A DNA stretch of 64,000 bases from Desulfotomaculum sp. (GTDB lineage Bacteria > Bacillota > Desulfotomaculia > Desulfotomaculales > Nap2-2B), in assembly GCA_003513005.1 (NCBI GenBank), contig DOTD01000017.1:758-64757 (forward strand). The letters run 5' to 3'. Of the stretch, positions 59,239 to 64,000 are shown piece after piece (position 1 is the first letter of the stretch; each line of letters starts with the position of its first letter). The position numbers and the translations under genes are program-made. The notes beneath the pieces were generated by a model. That model worked only from the letters and a program-made list of their open reading frames with translations. It was not told the DNA's origin and did not search any database.

Positions 59239-59529
59239 TCAGGAGGAGAACAGTCCTCCCAGAAAGCCTTTCTTGCGGCGGTGTTTTCCTCCGGAACTGC
59301 TGTGACGATATCCGTAGGGCTGGTGCTCCGGCCTCGGAATTTGCTGCTGAGGAGCTTGACTGGAAGTTATTCCCTTCAAAGCTGTGCCGCACTGGGGACA
59401 GGAAACCCAATTTTGTTCCACTTTGTTCCCACACGAGGGGCAAAAAAGACCCCTGTTAACTTCGGAACCGCAGTAAGGACAGAATCTGAAATCATTTTGA
59501 AGGTTTTGCTGGCAGTTTGGGCAATTCAT
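59239..59529 (-). CDS. Double zinc-ribbon protein
   Basis: CPNC...FCPYCG...FCPSCG...CPQCG and a basic tail HRRKKGFLGGLFSS. Confidence 0.85.
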   Translation of the reverse strand: MNCPNCQQNLQNDFRFCPYCGSEVNRGLFCPSCGNKVEQNWVSCPQCGTALKGITSSQAPQQQIPRPEHQPYGYRHSSSGGKHRRKKGFLGGLFSS

Positions 59530-59603
59530 TAAAAAAGCCTCCTTGGTTAAATGTTACTTTTTTATACCATAAAGAACAGAAATATGCAAATTCATCATAA
59601 CTA

Positions 59604-59690
59604 AATACAGGGGGACGGTTCTTGTGTATTCATTAATGAATACACAAGAACCGTCCCCCTGTATTAACACAAGAACCGTCCCCCTGTATT
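59604..59690. repeat. Perfect 62-bp palindrome plus a 24-bp direct duplication of its right arm end (REP-like)
   Basis: 59604-59665 is self-complementary around CATTAATG; ACACAAGAACCGTCCCCCTGTATT occurs at 59642 and 59667. Confidence 0.9.
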
Positions 59691-59717
59691 AATAAAAACC
59701 ATCTTGTAGTTGCTTTT

Positions 59718-60494
59718 CTAGCCTGGAGCCGCTAGGCCGGGGCCTTTGGGCTTGCCTTTTAACCAACGGTTAAATCCACGGAAAGCAGTCTCACGGTTAA
59801 GCTCGGCAATTATTGAAACCAGCGGAATTTCCTTGGGGCAGACTCTTTCGCAGTTTTGTGCATTACCGCAATCTGCAATTCCACCATCACCTGCTATGGC
59901 GTCCAAGCGTTCGTCTTTATACATAGCTCCTGTTGGATGGGCATTGAATAACTTTACCTGTCCCATGCATGTCGGCCCCATATAATTTGTCTTGGGATTG
60001 ACGTAAGGGCAGGCCTCCATGCAGCATCCGCAAGTCATACAGCATGAAATAAGGTAACGTTCATCCTGAACGCTGGGAGCAACTTTAGGGCCAGGGCCCA
60101 TGTAATAAGTTCCGTCTATGGGAACCCACGCTTTGATCTTTTTCAAATTCTCAAACATTTTTTGCCGGTCAACCATCAGATCGCGGACCAATGGGAATTT
60201 GCTCAGCGGCTGCAGGACAATTGGCTTACTCAGCGTATCTACCAGGGCAGCGCATGCCTGACGGGCAACTCCGTTGATCACCATACTGCAGGCGCCGCAA
60301 ACCTCTTCCAGGCAGTTGCAGTCCCAAATTACCGGGGTTGTTGGTTTGCCCTGCACGTTGACAGGGTTCCTTTGGATTTCAAGGAGCAACGAAATTACAT
60401 TAGCCTTGGGTGCAACGGGAACTTTAAATTCCTCCCAGTACGGCCTGGAGTTAGGACTCTCCTGACGTTTAATTTTTAAAATAACATCACTCAT
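59718..60494 (-). CDS. sdhB: Succinate dehydrogenase/fumarate reductase iron-sulfur subunit
   Basis: CLEEVCGACSM, CMTCGCCMEACP and CGNAQNCERVCP motifs. Confidence 0.93.
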   Translation of the reverse strand: MSDVILKIKRQESPNSRPYWEEFKVPVAPKANVISLLLEIQRNPVNVQGKPTTPVIWDCNCLEEVCGACSMVINGVARQACAALVDTLSKPIVLQPLSKFPLVRDLMVDRQKMFENLKKIKAWVPIDGTYYMGPGPKVAPSVQDERYLISCCMTCGCCMEACPYVNPKTNYMGPTCMGQVKLFNAHPTGAMYKDERLDAIAGDGGIADCGNAQNCERVCPKEIPLVSIIAELNRETAFRGFNRWLKGKPKGPGLAAPG

Positions 60495-60497
60495 TTT

Positions 60498-62294
60498 TTA
60501 TTTCGCCCCCTCCTTGCTCGTGGCGGCCTCTTTTTCGGCGCTCTCTTTAATTACCTGATCCTTAGTGACATCATATCGGCGCACTCTTGGTTTGACTAAC
60601 GTTATATCTACATCTTCCACGGAGAACACCGGACCATTTGGTGTCCATTTGGCTTTGGTGGTTTTCAGCCAGTTCTCGTCATCCCGGTTGGGATATTCAG
60701 GCATATAATGCGCGCCCCTGCTCTCCTTGCGCAGCAGAGCGCCTCCGACTATTCCCCTGGCTAATTCGAACATGTTCCATAAGTGCCGGATAAATATGGC
60801 TGTCCTGTTGGACCAACCGCCTGTGTCATAGACACCGAGTTTCTTATACCTCTCCATTAATTCTAAAAGCTTTTTGTCAGTATCCTGCAGCTGTTTGGTC
60901 GTGCGCACAACACCAGCATAAGTGGACATATATTCATTCATTTCGTCTTTAAGCACATAGGGATTTTCCGGGCCGTTAAACTTAAATATCTTATCCATCT
61001 CGGCTTTCTGCTTGGCCATTTCCGCATCAAAAACTTTACTTGAGACATCGCTGGAGGTTTTCTTAAGCGACTTGCAGTATTCCATTACTTTGTCCCCGGC
61101 TACTGTACCGGCGTATAAGCAGGAAATAAGTGAGTTTGCGCCAAGTCTATTGGCTCCGTGGTACTGATATTCACATTCCCCGGCTGCAAACAGGCCCGGA
61201 ATGTTGGTCATCTGATTATAATCGACCCACATGCCGCCCATTGAATAATGCATCGCCGGGAATACTTTCATAGGCACTTTGGTTGGTTCCTCACCGGCAA
61301 ACTTACGGTAAATTTCCAAAACGCCGTGCTGTCTTTTCTCTATCCAGTCGGGTTCAAGATGGGTAACATCCAAATAAACGGAATCTCCTCCGTCCAGACC
61401 AAGTCCTAATTCACGGCACACTTTAAAAATGCCCCTGCTGGCAACATCACGGGAGACTAGATTGCCATAGGCAGGATACCATTCCTCCATGAAGAACCAG
61501 GGTTTGCCGTCTTTGTATGTCCAAAGGCGTCCGCCGTCACCGCGTACCCCTTCAGAAATCAGCCTTAGTTTATCGTCTCCGCCAATACATGTGGGATGAA
61601 TCTGGATCATTTCCGGGTTTGCGTAATATACACCCTGCTGGTAGGCGCTGCTCGCCGGGCTGCCGGTATTGATAATTGAATTCGTCGTTTTTCCATAGAC
61701 AGCGCCAAGACCACCAGTGCATAGAATTACCGCATCACCTTGGAACGACCTTATTTCCATCGTTTTCATATCCTGGGCAATACAACCGCGGCAAACACCG
61801 TTATCATCAATTACGGCAGACAGGTAATCCCAGTCTTCAAATTTATTGACCTTGCCCTGCGTTTCCCAATAACGAACCTGTTCATCAAGGGCATAGAGAA
61901 GCTGCTGCCCCGTTGTAGAACCGGAAAAAGCAGTCCTGTGGACCAGTGTTCCTCCGAATCTGCGGAAATCAAGGCTGCCTTCAGGAGTACGTGTAAAGGG
62001 AACACCCATTCGATCCATAAGATAAATAATCCCCGGCGCTGCCTCGCACATTCCGAGCACGGGGGGTTGGTTGGCCAGGTAATCCCCTCCCAGAAGGGTA
62101 TCATCAAAATGGTTCCAGGGTGAATCTCCTTCTCCTTTGGTGTTTACTGCGCCATTAATTCCACCCTGGGCACAAACCGAGTGGGAACGCTTAACGTGAA
62201 CAAAAGAGATTAAATCTACATTTTCGCCTTTTTCAGCAATTTTTATCGTAGCCATTAGGCCTGCAAGGCCGCCGCCTACAACAATAAACTTCAA
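60498..62294 (-). CDS. sdhA: Succinate dehydrogenase/fumarate reductase flavoprotein
   Basis: GGGLAG, RSHSVCAQGG (covalent FAD His), QIHPT, HYSMGG, HGANRLGANSL and ESRGAH motifs. Confidence 0.95.
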   Translation of the reverse strand: MKFIVVGGGLAGLMATIKIAEKGENVDLISFVHVKRSHSVCAQGGINGAVNTKGEGDSPWNHFDDTLLGGDYLANQPPVLGMCEAAPGIIYLMDRMGVPFTRTPEGSLDFRRFGGTLVHRTAFSGSTTGQQLLYALDEQVRYWETQGKVNKFEDWDYLSAVIDDNGVCRGCIAQDMKTMEIRSFQGDAVILCTGGLGAVYGKTTNSIINTGSPASSAYQQGVYYANPEMIQIHPTCIGGDDKLRLISEGVRGDGGRLWTYKDGKPWFFMEEWYPAYGNLVSRDVASRGIFKVCRELGLGLDGGDSVYLDVTHLEPDWIEKRQHGVLEIYRKFAGEEPTKVPMKVFPAMHYSMGGMWVDYNQMTNIPGLFAAGECEYQYHGANRLGANSLISCLYAGTVAGDKVMEYCKSLKKTSSDVSSKVFDAEMAKQKAEMDKIFKFNGPENPYVLKDEMNEYMSTYAGVVRTTKQLQDTDKKLLELMERYKKLGVYDTGGWSNRTAIFIRHLWNMFELARGIVGGALLRKESRGAHYMPEYPNRDDENWLKTTKAKWTPNGPVFSVEDVDITLVKPRVRRYDVTKDQVIKESAEKEAATSKEGAK

Positions 62295-62325
62295 TTTTAA
62301 AACCCCTTCCCCTGCAAAATAATTA

Positions 62326-62958
62326 TCAACGTATTACGACAACAGCGTTGCTTAAAAGAGTTAAGCCCGCAATACCAACAACACCCAAGGCAATAAAAAT
62401 TAATGTGCAGATGCAGCTGACAAAATTTTGCGATTCTGAGCCGATTGTAATTCCCCAACTGATCAGGAAAGACCAGATGCCGTTGCAGAAGTGGAAAACA
62501 GCGGCCAGGTAACCGATTATATAAACTACATAAATAGTAGGATCGGAGAGCCACGCTGCGATAGTGGCAAAATCCATCTCAGCCCCGGTAAAGATTCTGG
62601 CTATTCTCAGGACGTAAATATGCCAGAAAACAAAAATGAATGTTACAATTGCCGTAAAGCGCTGCAAATAAAACATCCAGTTTCTGTAATACTTATATTG
62701 AAATGTATTGGTCTTTGAAATATAGGTTACCCAGACACCATAAAGCGCATGGTAAAGTATAGGGATGCCTATTAAACCTACTTCAATATAAGGTGTCAGC
62801 GGCGACCTTTCTAAAAGTCCGATTGCCCAGTCATAGGCCTCCGGCCCCTTAAAGATGAAAGAGTTGATGCATAAATGTATACATAGAAAAATGCCCACCG
62901 GAAAAATTCCTGTAAAGGAATGCAACCGCCGCGCTAAATAATGATATTTCTGCGACAT
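62326..62958 (-). CDS. sdhC: Succinate dehydrogenase cytochrome b558 subunit (Bacillus-type single anchor)
   Basis: RRLHSFTG, H residues in TM helices, LQRFTA and FHFCNGIWSF..SWG motifs. Confidence 0.92.
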   Translation of the reverse strand: MSQKYHYLARRLHSFTGIFPVGIFLCIHLCINSFIFKGPEAYDWAIGLLERSPLTPYIEVGLIGIPILYHALYGVWVTYISKTNTFQYKYYRNWMFYLQRFTAIVTFIFVFWHIYVLRIARIFTGAEMDFATIAAWLSDPTIYVVYIIGYLAAVFHFCNGIWSFLISWGITIGSESQNFVSCICTLIFIALGVVGIAGLTLLSNAVVVIR

Positions 62959-63180
62959 TTTTTAACTCCCTTCCAACAGAGTTTCTAATCAACCAAAAAA
63001 TTCAAAAAATAAATCCATTACTATTAAGTCACATAACTTGTTTTATACTTTACTTCCCTTACTCCACCTCCTTTGAAAAGTTGCTCTAGAAACCTACTCC
63101 TGCCAGACAAACCAGACAATAATAATATTTTTTTTGGAAACATGTCCAGATAATATTCTAGCCCTTACTTTAAACTGATG

Positions 63181-64000
63181 TCAAGAATTTTCTCGTTTTT
63201 TAGCGGCGCCATGGGCGGGATAAGATCCTAAAATACGCATACTTACCGTATACCTTTTGATACATGATAAGGCATCACAAACATGCGCGTCTTTACGATG
63301 CCCTTCAAGATCGATAAAGAATAAATAATCACCCAGCCTGCTCTTTGTAGGCCGCGATTCTATGTGCGTCAGGTTAATCTCCCTACTGGCAAATTCTTTT
63401 AGAATATCATACAGCGCTCCAGGGCGGTCGTTTACAGATAAAATAAGAGAGGTTTTACAACCGGAAACAGGTTTACTATCCTGCATAGCTATAATTACAA
63501 ACCTTGTGGCATTTTCCGGATAATCGTTTATGTTCCCGGCAATAACGACAAGGTTAAGTGTTTCCGCAGCCAGGGATGTTCCTATTGCCGCCCATGGCTC
63601 CTGATGGAGGGATACAAGCCGGGCAGCTTCAGCCGTGCTGATGACTTCCTTTTTTTGTGCCAGGTATAAATACTGCTCAATGAAACCCCAACACTGCGCA
63701 AGCGCTTGCGGATGGGAGACTACCACCTCAATTTCGTCAGCGCTCATCCATTGACGGGCAAGGAGTTGATGAACAACCGGAATAATCGCCTCTCCTTTGA
63801 TTTTTACTTCTTTAAACCGGTGGGCCAGTAGATCGAGTATTACGTTAATTGAACCTTCAGTTGAATTCTCGAAAGGAAGAAGTCCTTCCTCGAGCTCACC
63901 TGATTCAACAGCGGATAAGATATCGGCAAAGGAAGAAAGGCAGACTGCATCTGCTTCTTCATCATGACCAACTTTTCTGAGCTGATCAATATAGAAGCGG
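63181..64000 (-). CDS. pheA: Prephenate dehydratase with ACT domain (5' end beyond the window)
   Basis: The frame is open to the window end and contains PFENSTEGSI, SHPQALAQC, N.TRF, PGALY, NLTHIESRP and GDYLFFID. Confidence 0.92.
   Translation of the reverse strand, partial: RFYIDQLRKVGHDEEADAVCLSSFADILSAVESGELEEGLLPFENSTEGSINVILDLLAHRFKEVKIKGEAIIPVVHQLLARQWMSADEIEVVVSHPQALAQCWGFIEQYLYLAQKKEVISTAEAARLVSLHQEPWAAIGTSLAAETLNLVVIAGNINDYPENATRFVIIAMQDSKPVSGCKTSLILSVNDRPGALYDILKEFASREINLTHIESRPTKSRLGDYLFFIDLEGHRKDAHVCDALSCIKRYTVSMRILGSYPAHGAAKKRENS

Noticed and set aside
59239-59241. Selenocysteine recoding of the TGA between the zinc-ribbon gene and the kinase
   Set aside because: No SECIS-like hairpin follows, and the position is not a Cys/Sec catalytic site.
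1871-62718. Numerous 60-150 aa ORFs antisense to or nested in recognised genes (e.g. 5878-6438, 13322-13741, 31460-31900, 59221-59532)
   Set aside because: Shadow frames of well-supported genes, with no SD or family motifs.

Overview
Chromosomal window from a low-GC, spore-forming Firmicute. The gene content and protein style suggest Peptococcaceae/Desulfotomaculaceae, which is an inference and not a database result. Most genes lie on the minus strand. Housekeeping blocks: miaB, an amidase, trpEGDCF-aroF (no trpBA), cysS-mrnC-rlmB-NYN-sigH, dprA-topA-xerC-hslVU-codY, tRNA-Gly(TCC), rnj, spoIIP, rpsT, holA, moaA-moaC-MOSC-mobB, fhs, hisG, ndk, a MoxR/VWA/ABC cluster, lytS-lytT-acpS-nnr-alr, tRNA-Pro(CGG), rqcH, a TreT-like glycosyltransferase, cysteine synthase, a Ser/Thr kinase, sdhCAB and a partial pheA. 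The best candidate for an undescribed system is at 40.9-43.9 kb. There an agr-like peptide module (orphan membrane protein, agrB, agrD) is followed by a multi-TM GGDEF + HD-GYP protein instead of AgrC/AgrA, which suggests autoinducer-peptide signalling coupled to c-di-GMP. Other notable items: a complete TRAP-type attenuator upstream of trpE; a dispersed small repeat (MITE-like, with a CodY-box-like end) present in at least six intergenic regions; probable CTG starts for rnj and alr; a kinase with no canonical start, separated by one in-frame TGA from a zinc-ribbon gene; a decaying toxin-antitoxin islet; and a perfect 62-bp palindrome. No CRISPR array, rRNA or intact transposase was seen. All calls come from motif recognition by eye, with no searches run.
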